Positions 12,653-25,601 of a stretch of 63,693 bases of DNA are shown here, piece after piece. Below the pieces are notes generated by a model that did not search any database, had not been told where the DNA came from, and was given only the letters and a program-made list of their open reading frames with translations. Each line of letters opens with the position of its first letter. The stretch's first letter is position 1. The stretch is from Octopus bimaculoides. Lineage: Eukaryota. The position numbers and the translations under genes were made by a program. Where the stretch lies: assembly GCF_001194135.2 (NCBI RefSeq), contig NC_068994.1:38401634-38465326 (forward strand). The letters run 5' to 3'.

Positions 12653-12978
12653 TTAGACGTTTGTTGCAGATAGAGGAGGAGGAGGTACCTGGGGTGATGA
12701 AGGTACCTTTGGTAGTGTTGTTATTTTGGGTACAGCTGGCAGAGATGGTTTACAGTCTGAAGTAAACTGACTTTTCACTGGTACTGTAGAATGTTGTTCA
12801 GTTGTGTTAGATGCAGTCCCAGTTATAGACAAAGGTATTTGGTCATTTGAGAAGGAAGTGTTATCGATGTTAGGTTGATGGTGATATCCATATTTATTAT
12901 CTCCCCTTGATCTGTTGAGCGTGTCTTGCAGTTGATTTCTCCTATTCCATGTATGGTCACTTTGATAACGGCACAGGT
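12653..12978 (-). CDS. Protocadherin gene 3, terminal exon B
   Basis: Acceptor AG at 12980-12979, phase 1. Reads (D)LCRYQSDHTWNRRNQLQDTLNRSRGD...KPSLPAVPKITTLPKVPSSPQVPPPPLSATNV-TAA with no internal stop. Confidence 0.8.
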
Positions 12979-13617
12979 CTAAAAAATATTGAGTTTGTAC
13001 ATTAATTTACTTTGCGATCAACAATTAACTTCATTAACATTTCTTTCATGCATAAAATTATTCTCCCTCTGTGTAGGTTTGTTCAAAATTTTCTATTTCT
13101 TAACAGCTTGATAATTTATTGATAATGAAGAATTTAATTAAATTCAGATGTTTCTAATATTTACATTGTCTTTCTTGATTATGGATCAGTCATGAGAAGA
13201 AAGTTTAGAAGAAAGATTGATTTTTGATTATTGTCAGATCTGAGAAGGAAGTTTGGAAGAAAAATTGATGTGAATGAATTTTAATAGAACTTCTTAGTTA
13301 ATCAATATCTTAACATGTATATTTTATAGTGTGAGAAAAGAACAATAATCGTTAATTTGAAATTATATTTTAGTCTTGTACTTTTGGGGATTGTTGGAAT
13401 GAAAGCTCCCTTGTTTGAAAAGCAATGAAGGCTTATCAACAGAAACATCTCTTGGAATAAAGCATTGCCTCAATATACTGCTCATGCTAGCATAAGAATA
13501 ATGAACATAAAATGAATGAACACATTAAATTAAATATATGTATTACAATCTCATTATGAAATATAATATTTAATTTAAAAGTTTCTTACATCTTAAGAGA
13601 TGCTATTTCTAACTTAC

Positions 13618-13768
13618 CTGGCAGTTCCTCATAGTGTCCAGCACTACCGACACTCCAGCCATGACCACTATCAGTGTGAGATGACAATGTCGACATCTCA
13701 CTGAATTGGTCAGAACTGTTTAGTTCTCTGTAACCAGGAGACATACTTTCTTCTCTTGGAACAAATAT
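13618..13768 (-). CDS. Protocadherin gene 3, cytoplasmic exon A (151 bp)
   Basis: ttttcAG|ATATTT...CTGCCAG|GTAAGT; IFVPREESMSPGYRELNSSDQFSEMSTLSSHTDSGHGWSVGSAGHYEELP. Confidence 0.85.
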
Positions 13769-15224
13769 CTGAAAATATAAATCCAATAGACCATTATAAT
13801 GTTATTAAAATAGAAACCATAAATTTAAAAACAATTTTAAGAAACCTTCAGTTAGGACATTATTTTAGATCTTAACTTTTCAACAGATTACTTATACCAA
13901 ATCTAGAAATTAGACACAAAACAGCAATCAGAATATTGAAGAAATTCATAGCATATTTTGCATTCTTTGTCTCCTAGAGGTCTTCAACATCACCATCTCT
14001 TAACAGAGATAACTATGAATTAAGTTTGTAATATCTGAACAAGCTTACAATAGAATGTTAGAATCATATATTAGATAATTTAGTTAGCATAGTAAACTGA
14101 AGATATGAATAATATCACAACAGCATTCAGATTCTTAATTATCTTTAAAAATTGTATATGATTTGGTCATAATATTATCCAAGCAATATAGGAATGCCAT
14201 TCTGCAGATATTTAGTGACGGAAGTTGCTAGTGAAGATGCTAACACTTTAATGACTGGACCAAGTCATTAATCCAATGGTTGTGAAATTCCCCTGGTGCA
14301 GTAACTAACAACAACACTTGCGTCCGTGCGTGAATATCTTCATATCCAAGGTTTTATTCAAATGTGTAACAAACAAATTCATACTGTGAGTACACAATGT
14401 TCAATAAAGTTATTTGGGATTGAAGTAAAAGATTCTGAACATCTTGCCATGTTTCACGATGACAGTGTGAAAATAGAAGGAACTCAATCTACAAAAATTA
14501 CTTTCAGACAGGCATTAGGCATAGAATACCATAGCGAGTTGCTGGTAGAAAAAACTATCGAATCCATGTGCTTGGCTCTCTCTCTGATGTTGATCTAGTC
14601 ACGTCTTAGAGTAAAAAAGAGAAATTCAATTGGAATTTGCTCTTAAGTAGGCGATATTGCTTCTAACGCCCTCTTGCGTGTGGTTTAGCAGTTACGCCTT
14701 GTATGCTAGCAAAGGGGGAACTAACCAACGTTTGCTTGGAATGTTCTAGAACTTTCAACAAGGGAGATAACTGTAGTTGGCTCCCAATGAATATTTCGCA
14801 GGCTAAGAACCTGTTTCAAATAGCGTTGCCTACAGATGAAAATAGCAAACATGTTTTATTCACATCTATAGTTTACTACACTTGTGTATATATAAGAGCT
14901 CTAGTACGGCTAAGAATATTATCAATTATTTAATATCCAGTGAATATAATATTCCTCTGACACTAAAACTAATTTGTGGGAGTCAAAAATTTGTATCTTG
15001 TCAATTTACTTTGTAGTATTCATATGGTGCTTCTCTTCAAAGAACTAACTGTAAAATGTATGAAAATATATAGCAGACACACCTACATTAGAGAGAACAA
15101 TTTAAATGCGTAATAGTGTGAGTTTTATATAAAGAAAACAATTTCAAAATATTTACTTAAGATGATTGCTCTGAAATATACATAAAACAGTTTTATGTGC
15201 AGGTGCAGGTGGTACATAAAATAC

Positions 15225-15461
15225 ACCATTTTGAGCGTGGCCGTTGTCAGTACCGCCTAACTGGCCTTCGTGCCGGTGGCACGTAAAAGCACACACTACA
15301 CTCTCAAAGTGGTTGGCGTTAGGAAGGGCATCCAGCTGTAGAAACTCTGCCAAATAAGATTGGAGCCTGGTGTAGCCATCTGGTTCACCACTCCTCAGTC
15401 AAATCGTCCAATCCATGCTAGCATAGAAGACGGACGTTAAACGATGATGATGATGATGATG
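15225..15461 (+). repeat. SINE/LINE-type 3' tail ending in (GAT)n
   Basis: gagcgtggccgttgtcagtaccgcc...gttaaacgatgatgatgatgatg; GC-richer than the flanks and shares its tail with 3655-3740. Confidence 0.6.
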
Positions 15462-15543
15462 AGTTTTATTTCATGCAAGATCACATGAACAGATAAACAT
15501 GCAACGTTTTCTTTGAATTTCCAAATAAATATAAGCAACTCAC

Positions 15544-17894
15544 CTGCTGAGGTCTTTTTAAAGTCAGCTCATTCCATCTATCAGCTGACATATTTCTGCA
15601 GTAAATACCTTCCCTGTCTACCAATGGTTGCTGAGATGGCTTCAGCTTCCTCTCCATTGTGTACTGAACTCCAGAAGGAACACAAGTAGGATCAAATATA
15701 TATTTTGATTGGTTGTTTAATGCAGGTGTAACCTTGTGGTACATATCAACACTGTTGTTATAGTTGCTATCTGTCTGCTTCAGTCTATGAACTATACAGA
15801 TTGATATAGAGATCACTATAACAACTGATACTATCACAGCTGCTATAACAATAACAATCATCACATTCAATTGGAGACCATTACTTGATTCCATTGTTGT
15901 CTTTGAAGGGGTCTTAAATATCTTTGATGTGTTGTTACTAACTGTTAGAGTCAAAGACAAAGTTGTTGTTGATGACAGAACTGGACTACCACTGTCTTTC
16001 ACACCTAGTTCCAGTTCATAGNNNNNNNNNNNNNNNNNNNNNNNNNNNNNNNNNNNNNNNNNNNNNNNNNNNNNNNNNNNNNNNNNNNNNNNNNNNNNNN
16101 NNNNNNNNNNNNNNNNNNNNNNNNNNNNNNNNNNNNNNNNNNNNNNNAGTGGGGATGGTAGTGGACATTAAGACTGAAAGGGTTAACATTAGGGAAACTG
16201 AAATAGGGAGCATTATCATTTAAATCCATAACCTCAACAACAACATTTGCTGTGTTCTCCAGTGATGGTGTTCCTTTATCTTTTACTAAAACCTTAAACT
16301 CATACATGTTCTTTTCTTCTCTGTCTAGTGACTCAGTTGTGGAAATAAATCCCACATCAGATATCTGAAATGGTAGAATATGTTTTCCATTAGATAACAA
16401 AGAATAGGTTAATTGTCCTCCATCTCCAATATCTGGATCTGTAGCATTGACATATCCAACAGGGAAGTCTTTGTTTTCATTTTCATAGGTTAGAAACTTA
16501 AATATGTCCTGACTAAACTGAGGTTGTACATCGTTTATGTCAGTAACCAGCATAGAAAACTGTTTCTCTACTGTCAATGGAGGTAAACCATTATCTTGAC
16601 ATTTAATGGTGAAATTAAAACTCTTTTCAGTCTCTCTATCTATTTCACTCTTGACAACAACTTTGTATTTCTTTTTAGACACTGAGATTAGCTGAAGGTA
16701 TCTGTTTTGTAAATGGCACTTCACTTGTCCATTTGCCCCACTGTCATTGTCAGTAACTTTCACATAAGCAACAAAACTGTAAATGTGAGTTCCTTCTGAG
16801 ATGACAGCTGTGTTTCCAGTTGACTCTAAGATAAATCTGACATCAATATTTGGTGGATTGTTAAGGTGACTGATACCAATAATGTGAACCATAGCTGTTG
16901 AGGACATTGATGGTTTACCATTATCTTTGGCCTCAACAAACAATTCATAGACTTTTCCTAAGTGAAAGTCCTCATTTAAAAATATTTCTCCAGTTACTTC
17001 ATCCAATTTAAAACACTGTTTCATCTTATTTAGTGTTTTAGAACTAAAAATATAAGACATTTTTCCATTTTCCCCTACATCTAAGTCTGTAGCAGACAGT
17101 CTTACAACAGGTTTATTCGGCTTGTGTGTATCATTTAAAGTAACGTAGTATGTATCTTGGGAGAACAAAGGAATGTTATCATTTTTATCTTTCACCAATA
17201 TCTTTACATCAAGTACACTTTCTTTACGTGGTGTTCCCCCATCTATGGTAATCAACAGAATAGTATAAATCTCTTTTGTCTCACGGTCTAAGTTACCTTC
17301 CAAAATTAGTTCTAATAAATCTGTTCCATCTGATTTTTTAGAAACAAGCAATTTGAAAGGAGTGTCTTCATCCTGTTTGACTTGATAAAAGAGTTTAGAA
17401 TTCTGGATACTAACATCATTATCAATGGCATTTGGTAGTATTTCTTTTGTTCCTTTCAAATCATTTTCATCAAACTGCAGGTGAAATTGCTTGCTTGGAA
17501 ATATAGGATAATTATCATTGACATCTTCTATCATAACTTTGATTTCTAATATCTTGATAAAAGAATGGTCATATTGAACTGCAATTTCCAGTATTCTGAA
17601 ACATTCTACATTATATTGACAAAGAGTTTCTGCATCCAATATGGCAGCTGTATATAGTTGTCCTCCAGATGTAACATTAAATAACTGAACAGTTCCATCA
17701 GTACCACCCTGGAGTATTTTAAATGTCGGTTTGTTGTTGTCACCCTGAGACTGTATATTATCTACTAAGTGTGTATCAGTAACAATATCTCCAATATAGC
17801 TGTGTATATCATTGTTCTCTTTCACATGGTAGATATGATCCACACACCAGCAACTATCAGCTATCAACAACATCAACAATATCACTGACAACAT
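15544..17894 (-). CDS. Pcdh: Protocadherin gene 3, large exon; N gap at 16022-16147
   Basis: Joins ORFs 16005..17924 and 15481..16002 across the gap. GCC-ATG at 17894 (MLSVILL), acceptor at 17925, CAG|GTGAGT donor at 15544. Confidence 0.9.
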
Positions 17895-20217
17895 GGCTAT
17901 TTTCAATAGTATATAGTTGACCAATCTGATAAAAAAAATTATATATCATTATATGTGGGTGTGCATGTATGTATGTCAATTCACTTTATAACAATATTTC
18001 TCATGAAACCTATAACTTATATTTTGAAAATTATCAAGAATTGAGGAATTTCTCAACATTATTTATTTCCTTTTTTGAGATTATTAAATTAGTTTCTGGA
18101 ATGAAATATTCCAAACACTTTAAAACAAGTGGTTTTGTATCATGAAAACAGACAATATCAGGTTACTTGGTTATCAAAATGTTTAAGCTTATACAATCTA
18201 CTGACAATATGGATTCAAATTAAAAAGGTCAGCTAACTGTTCAAAATATGAAAACGTTTTATCATGTAGTTTCTTATTTACTTTTGCTTCAGATATATCA
18301 CCATTTGATTATCAAAACTGATCAATAGTTTTGTTAACGTGTCAAGTTTATGTCATAAGCAATGAAAACTGCAAAAACTGTCACATAATACACAGAAAGC
18401 AATCTCAAAAAGTAATATTTATGAGGGATATTTAGCAGATATTAAAGTAAATATAAAATAGCTTTCTACTAAATTTGCTAATGCATATGGGAATAATGTG
18501 TTGATCCAGCATGGCTTTGGCTATGATGAGTAACAAACTAATTCACTACAAAAACACAAGGGATTTTAATGTGATTAGATTATGCTTTCACTTGTAAAAT
18601 CCCTATCAGTCGCTGGAGCAGTGCTGGGCATGTAAATCCTCAACAGAAGACTGAGAAATTCTTATATATGCTATCATTAGACTTCATCTCTTCAACTAGA
18701 GATATCCAGTTCTTGAGCCAACACAGTACTATCTGTTTTGCGGTTTTGCTTTTCTCATCATGCTTGTCTTTGTTTGGTGAGGGGGCTATTTAGGCCTCAA
18801 CGAGAAAATGTTGGAACTGAATAGCATGGAGAAAAACTGTGCGACAGAGACATTCAAATTTTTGTAGTAACATGTACAAATAATAATGGTGAAAATAATG
18901 TTAAAAATAATGTGTGTGTTGATAAGGGAGTTCCTGGCCTATATTATGTTCATTTATTTCAATAATATATTATTAAAACCAGGAGATAACTTCAAATACA
19001 TCCGATATGTGATATGAAAATTTCATTAAATTTATTTTATGATTTCTCTCAATGGGCGTAAAATTGTGTGTGTGTATGATATTACAAACACTGTGCCTAT
19101 GTATGTGTGTATATATAATGTACTGTGTGTGCATGCCATAATGTTATGGGTCTATGTGTATCTGTATGTATATGTTTGATCTAATACTGAGTGTCAATGT
19201 GTATATAGTCAAGTACTATTTGTCAATGTGTACGTGGTGGTCATATGAGTGAAGGAGCTCACTGAATTAAAGCAACAAAGCAAATACCAGTAATTTATTT
19301 AGGTTAATTCAGTCAGATACTTTACTAATAGAACTCCCACCACACATACAAAAACACAGAACTCGATCAAACACAGCTTTAGACCATGTACACATCAAAC
19401 TGAAATCAAATCATAAAATAGATGACATGTATAATGAGTTATTGACAGAGACACTACCTAGTCTCTTACACCGCTAAAAATGTCTAGATATATCAGACCC
19501 TACTGTTTCATATAAGTAGATGTATTAGATATCCTGTCTCTTTTGAGACATGTGTGAATATTATCTAACATGGCCTGTCATGTCTTCATGTAAGATAGCA
19601 GGTAAATTTAGTTGCTATTTCTAACAGGCTGAGCGACTGCATCAAAGCAACCTTGTATTTCTTGATGGTGCAAAACCTTAGTTTAGAACCAGTGTTTACT
19701 CCAACTTCTTTTAAATGTCGAAGTTATTCAGTAGCTTAAAGAACAATTTCTTCATTATTTGCCAGGCCTTATTGACAAAACAAGAACAGTTAAGAATTAT
19801 CTCCCCTTATCTCAATACGGAACTCCTATTTGTAATGGAAATTCTAATAATATATTCTAACTTTACTTATATAACTACAAATGAAAAAGTGTAATTTCAT
19901 GAGTACTCTGTTAAATTTCCATTCTTATTATAGTCTATACTTACTCAAATTCTAATGAAAATTCTGATTAGTTTTACAATACTAAATAAAACATTATTAA
20001 TAAAACCATTTCAAAAGATTAAATAGTTCAAAAACTACAANNNNNNNNNNATAAAAAAAAAACATTATTAGAGGACAAGTTTAAGTTTTTACTATAAAGA
20101 ATGATAACAATCAAGTCTTTTGCTTTTTTTTTTGTTTTCTTTTGGCAAGATGGTAGAACTTGGTAAGGTTTCTGTCAACTAAATAAGCAATTCACACATG
20201 AGGATAACTTTTAATAA

Positions 20218-20475
20218 GTACTTACCAACAGTTGTCAGTTGCTTATACAGTTGTTACTGTGCTGTTTCAGTGTTCTTGCAACAAAGTTATAATAGAGGTA
20301 GTTCTGAGCAGTTTGATATGTGATAGTGTTATGTAGTTCTATGAAGTTGGATGTGTAGTATGTAATGTGTGTTGTAGCCAATGACAAGCTGTCTTTTATT
20401 CTAATGCAAGGAAACGGAAGTACAGCATCCAGTTCTTGCAGTTAATGATGGGTTGACTCACAAATTAGTTTACTT
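20218..20475 (-). promoter_or_regulatory. Conserved promoter + non-coding exon 1, copy 3 (gene 3)
   Basis: Donor at 20226, CCAAT 20378-20382, ggaaacggaag, TGACTCA 20454-20460. Confidence 0.8.
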
Positions 20476-20545
20476 TCACCTCACACACTTACATATACTT
20501 GTGTGTTGGTAATTTGTACATAAATTGAAGGGATGAAAATAAATA

Positions 20546-20749
20546 TTAGGTTGGTGCAAAATAACTGCGGCTTTTTTTTCAATAACTTTATTCAACAAAA
20601 AATTTAAACAAAACGCCAAGCAGAAATTGAAGTAAATGGTGAATATGCACTGGTATAATCATTTAAAGATGTTTTTGTTAAATGTTGTTATTGTTTTTCT
20701 TGAATAAAATTTATTGAAAAAAAGATGCAATAATTATGCCCCAACCTAA
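20546..20749. mobile_element. Mariner-type MITE (TTAGGTTGG.. TIRs, TA target duplication)
   Basis: ta|ttaggttggtgcaaaataactgc ... gcaataattatgccccaacctaa|ta; imperfect ~23-bp TIRs, no ORF. Confidence 0.75.
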
Positions 20750-21358
20750 TAATATCTGAAAGGTTTATGTCAAGCAATATATTCATTATTTTAGATAAAC
20801 TTTTACATTTGAAAATAATGTTTTAATCCTAAAGGAAAAAAAGTCATTTCTATTATTTCAAGAAAAGTTTACAAAAAGTTTGTATTTCGATAGTTTTTAA
20901 CTTTTTACTGATTTTATATATGTCATATATTTAAAAAATTCTTTACAAGATTTTTGAAAATAATTCTTAAACAGTTAATCTGTTTATTTAATTACCTGGA
21001 ATATGAAAGTACTGCTTTGAATAATGAATAATTTTTTTTTTAAATGCAATTATGAAAGGAAGAGTCAAATATTCCTTTACAAAAACAGCTGCTAATAAGA
21101 GCATTAAACTCTTGCAAGTTTGGCTTATTGTATCTAATTTGATCGATTATTAAAAATTTTATATGTTGTTTTAAGAAATATTTAGGTTGATTAAATTTGT
21201 GGTTGTAGATTAATAATATAAACTGTACGGTAGTGTTGTGCCACCTTTCTGCCTTATAGAGATATAGTTACTAAAATTTTCTTCCACGTTTTATATTTCT
21301 AATTTAATTTGATTAGTGCAAATAATGGTGGTCCATAATTTTTATTCAAGGTATGGAG

Positions 21359-21678
21359 TTAGTTTTGCACTGAAGATGGGGGAGGTACCTGTGATATTGA
21401 ATGTACCTTTGGTAGTGTTGTTACTTTAGGTACAGCTGGTAGAGGTGGTTGACAGTTTGAAGTAAACTGACTTGTCATTGGCATTGAAGATGGTTGATCA
21501 GTTATGTCAGACGCGTTACCAGTTATATTCAAAGGTATTTGGTCATGGTAGGAGAAAGTGTTAGTGTCAACGTTTGGTTGATATTGATAGCCATTGTTAT
21601 CTCCCCTTGATCTGTTGAGCGTGTTTGGTGTTTGATTTCTCCTATTCCATGTGTGGTCACTTTGATAATGACGCAGAT
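21359..21678 (-). CDS. Protocadherin gene 4, terminal exon B
   Basis: Acceptor at 21680-21679; (D)LRHYQSDHTWNRRNQ...PPLPAVPKVTTLPKVHSISQVPPPSSVQN-stop (within ORF 21359..21733). Confidence 0.82.
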
Positions 21679-22536
21679 CTAGAAATAGATTGATTTTTAG
21701 GAAGTAAATGTGGTAGAAGTTATACTGAATCAATTTTTAACGTTCATGAACACAACTGTATTTTAAGCACTTTTAGACCATACAGTGCTAATAATTTTGT
21801 GCATAGTTCCCAGGTTTGGCAGAATATCATTTTGTAATGCCACTGATAATTAACAAGAACTAAAATTGTTATCTTTTTTGCTTAACTTGTTTGTTGAACC
21901 ATAACCATACACCAAAATATTACTAAAATATATTTAAAATGTTAGTGAGTATATATTCATAAAAAAAAAACACTACTACAATTAATTTCAAAGTAAATGT
22001 TCCTTGTTCGAATCCAGTCCAGTATTACATGTATATTCAGAAATTAAACACTTGATCACTCAAATTAAACTAATCAAAACACCAAAATATAATGTATGTA
22101 TAGCCAAAGCAGTCTCACACAGAAATGAGTATCACTTAATAATAACATGTATCATGATTTCACTTGATGCTGTTATGAGCAGGCACAGACAATATCTTGG
22201 CCCTCCTACCCATTGAGCTAATGGAACATTAGAGATGTGATAGGTAAAGAGAGCAATGGCTACATTAGCACTTGCATGGTACTCATTTCTGCTGAGTAGA
22301 TGAGTGCAGCATTAAATTATATACCTTGTTCAAGGACACAAGACACTTTCTAGTACAGAAACTGGACCCATAACTTTATGATTTTGAGCCCAACATTCTG
22401 CTACTGGGCTATTAAAAAACGTTGGCTCTCTAAAGATAAATTTGATAGTCAAGAGTAATTATGACTGTATTAATAATACTCATCATCAGTAGCATACATG
22501 TTACTAATGTAGAAACATTCAGTGTCTCTAACTTAC

Positions 22537-22687
22537 CTGGCAATTCTTCATAATGTCCAGCACTGCCGACACTCCATCTATGACCACTATCAATGTGAGA
22601 TGACAATGTTGACCTCTCACTGAATCGGTCAGTACCATTAAGTTCTCTGTAACCTGGAGACATACTTTCTTCTCTTGAAACAAACAT
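22537..22687 (-). CDS. Protocadherin gene 4, cytoplasmic exon A (151 bp)
   Basis: AG/GT flanked; MFVSREESMSPGYRELNGTDRFSERSTLSSHIDSGHRWSVGSAGHYEELP. Confidence 0.85.
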
Positions 22688-23210
22688 CTGGATAGAATTA
22701 CATAAATCCAGTGTATCATCATAAAGTTTTACACTTATAAAATTAAACAAATACACAGCACAAGAGTTTAAACATGATATTAAAATATATGTTGGACTGT
22801 TTTTAACATTTATAGAATAAATATACTTTTACTTTATGACACAGATATGACCATATCATAGAATATACAACATAGAAATAAATTTCATAATCATCAAAGA
22901 AAGCAACTGCATTGTGAATTTTACAATATTTGTTTTGCTTTATTTTATTTTTTTATTTTTTATATTTTTTGTTTTTGTTTTGGAAACAATCTATTAGATT
23001 TATTTAGATTCAGTATTATATAACTACAACTAATAATTGTTTAGTTACTTTTCATTGATATTCAGGATCATGAAAAGTATTTTAAAGAATAAGGATTACA
23101 TGAGAATACTTTTACACAATAAGGAATTTAGTTTTGATTTTGGCAAAAGAAACAGAAGATGTATGATATTTTGCATTCAATTGTTTTAAGAAGTCTATCA
23201 ATTATCTTAC

Positions 23211-25601
23211 CTGTGCATGAGGTCTTAAAACTGAGTGATCCCATCTATCACTTGCCGTGGTTCTATAGTGAAATTCTTCTGTATCTACTGATGGTTGTTG
23301 AGATTTCTTCAGATTTCTCTCCATTGCGTACTGAACTCCAGGAGGAACACAAGTAGGATCAAATATATATTTTGATTGTACGCTTAATGTAGGTGTCACT
23401 GTGTGGTACATATCAACACTACTATCATAGTTGCTATCTGTCTGCTTCAGTCTATGAACTATACAGATTGATATAGAGATTACTATAACAACTGACACAA
23501 TCACAGCTGCTATAACAATAGCAATCATCACACTAGACTGGAGACCATTACTTGATTCTGTTGTTGTCTTTGAAGGGGTCTTAAATATCTTTGATGTGTT
23601 GTTACTAACTGTTAGAGTCAAAGACAATGTTGTTGTCGATGACAGAACTGGACTGCCACTGTCTTTCACACCTAATTCCAGTTCATAGAATCCAGCATCG
23701 TTTTGGTAAGGTGAGCGAGAGAAAGATAAGGCACCAGAGTGATGGTTCATTTCAAATAAGTTTTTCTCATTTCCTCTGAGTATTTCATATGTGAGGAAGG
23801 CATTGTGTTGACTGTCTCTGTCAGAGGCCCTAACAACTGTGATATCATGGTCAGAGCGGGGATGGTAGTGGACATTAAGACTGAAAGGGTTAACATTAGG
23901 GAAACTGAAATAGGGAGCATTATCATTTAAATCTATAACCTCAACAACAACATTTGCTGTGTTCTCCAGTGATGGTGTTCCTTTATCTTTTACTAAAACC
24001 TTAAACTCATACATGTTCTTTTCTTCTCTGTCTAGTGACTCAGTTGTGGAAATAAATCCCACATCAGATATCTGAAATGGTAGAGTATCTTTTCCATTCG
24101 TCAACAGAGAATAGGTTAATTGTCCTCCATCTCCAGTATCTGGGTCTGTAGCATCAACATATCCCACAGGGAAGTCTTTGTGTTCATTTTCATAGGTGAG
24201 GAACTTATATATGTCTTGAATAAACTGAGGTTGTACATCATTTATGTCAGTAACCAGCATAGAAAACTGTTTCTCCACTGTCAATGGAGGTAAACTATTA
24301 TCTTGACATTTAATGGTGAAATTTAATCTCTTCTCACTCTCTCTATCTATTTCACTCTTGACAACAACTTTGTATTTCTTTCCAGACAATGAAATTAGCT
24401 TAAGGTATTTATTTTGTAAATGACACTTCACTTGTCCATTTACTCCACTGTCATTGTCAGTAACTTTCACATAAGCAACAAAGCTGTGAATTTGAGTTCC
24501 TTCTGAGATGACAGCTGTGTTTCCAGTTGACTCTAAGATAAATTTGACATCAATGTTTGGTGGATTGTTAAGGTGACTCATTCCATTAATAAGAACAGTG
24601 ACAACAGAGGTCATTGGTGGTTTACCTTTATCACTGGCTTCAATGAATACTTCATAAAATTTTCGAAACTGAAATTCTTTTTTCAAAAATAGCTCTCCTG
24701 ATGTTTGATTTAAAATAAAGAATTTCATATCTTTTTCTGAAGTAAGAGGACTAAAATTATATACAATCGCTCCATTATCACCTTTGTCTAAATCCATTGC
24801 TGATAAAATGACAATAGGTTTAGTTCTCTCTTGTGTCTCATTTACTGTCACCTTGTAGATATTCTGGGAAAATACAGGAGCATTGTCATTTTTATCTTCT
24901 ACTAATATCCTTAAATCCATTAGCCCTTTCTTAGAATGAGATCCCCCATCTGTAGCAATTATTTGAAGATTATAAGTTTCCTTTCTCTCTCTGTCTAATC
25001 GTTTCACTAAAAGCAATTCAATTTTACTTTTCCTATTAGAAACTTTTGAGACCGACAATTGAAAAGTATTTTCCTGGTTATTCCTCAGTTGATAAGAAAT
25101 ATTTGAGTTCTGAATAGTGACATCTTTATCAAAGGCATTTGGAATGATCTCTTTTATTCCTTTTGGGGTACTTTCATCAAAGAGGATATGAAATTCCTTA
25201 TCTGGAAATATGGGATAATTATCATTGACATCTTCTATCATAACTTTGATTTCTAATAACTTGATAAAAGAATGGCCATGCTGAACTGCTATTTCCAATA
25301 TCCTGAAACATTCCACATTATATTGACACAGAGTTTCTGCATCCAATATGACAGCTGTATATAGTTGTCCTCCAGATGTAACATTGAATAACTGAACATC
25401 TCTGTCAGTACTATGCTGCAGTATTTTAAATGAAAATTTGTTGCTATCATCCTGAGACTGTATATTATCCAGTAAGTTTGTATCACTGACAATATCTCCA
25501 ATATAGCTGTGTCTATCATTGTTCTCTTTCACATGGAAGATATGATCTACACACCAGCATCTGTTAGCCATCAGGAGCACCAACATTATCATTAACAACA
25601 T
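23211..25601 (-). CDS. Pcdh: Protocadherin gene 4, complete large exon
   Basis: Gap-free ORF 23202..25601 with 6 EC + TM; acceptor at 25632, CAG|GTAAGA donor at 23211. Confidence 0.95.

Noticed and set aside
16002-16147. Apparent frameshift splitting gene 3 into two ORFs
   Set aside because: The gap has 126 Ns where gene 5 has 166 nt, so this is a gap-size artefact, not a pseudogene.
23159-23356. Small plus-strand ORFs antisense to the tails (also 1102-1305, 35140-35376)
   Set aside because: They are shadows of the protocadherin frame, not conserved in length between paralogs.
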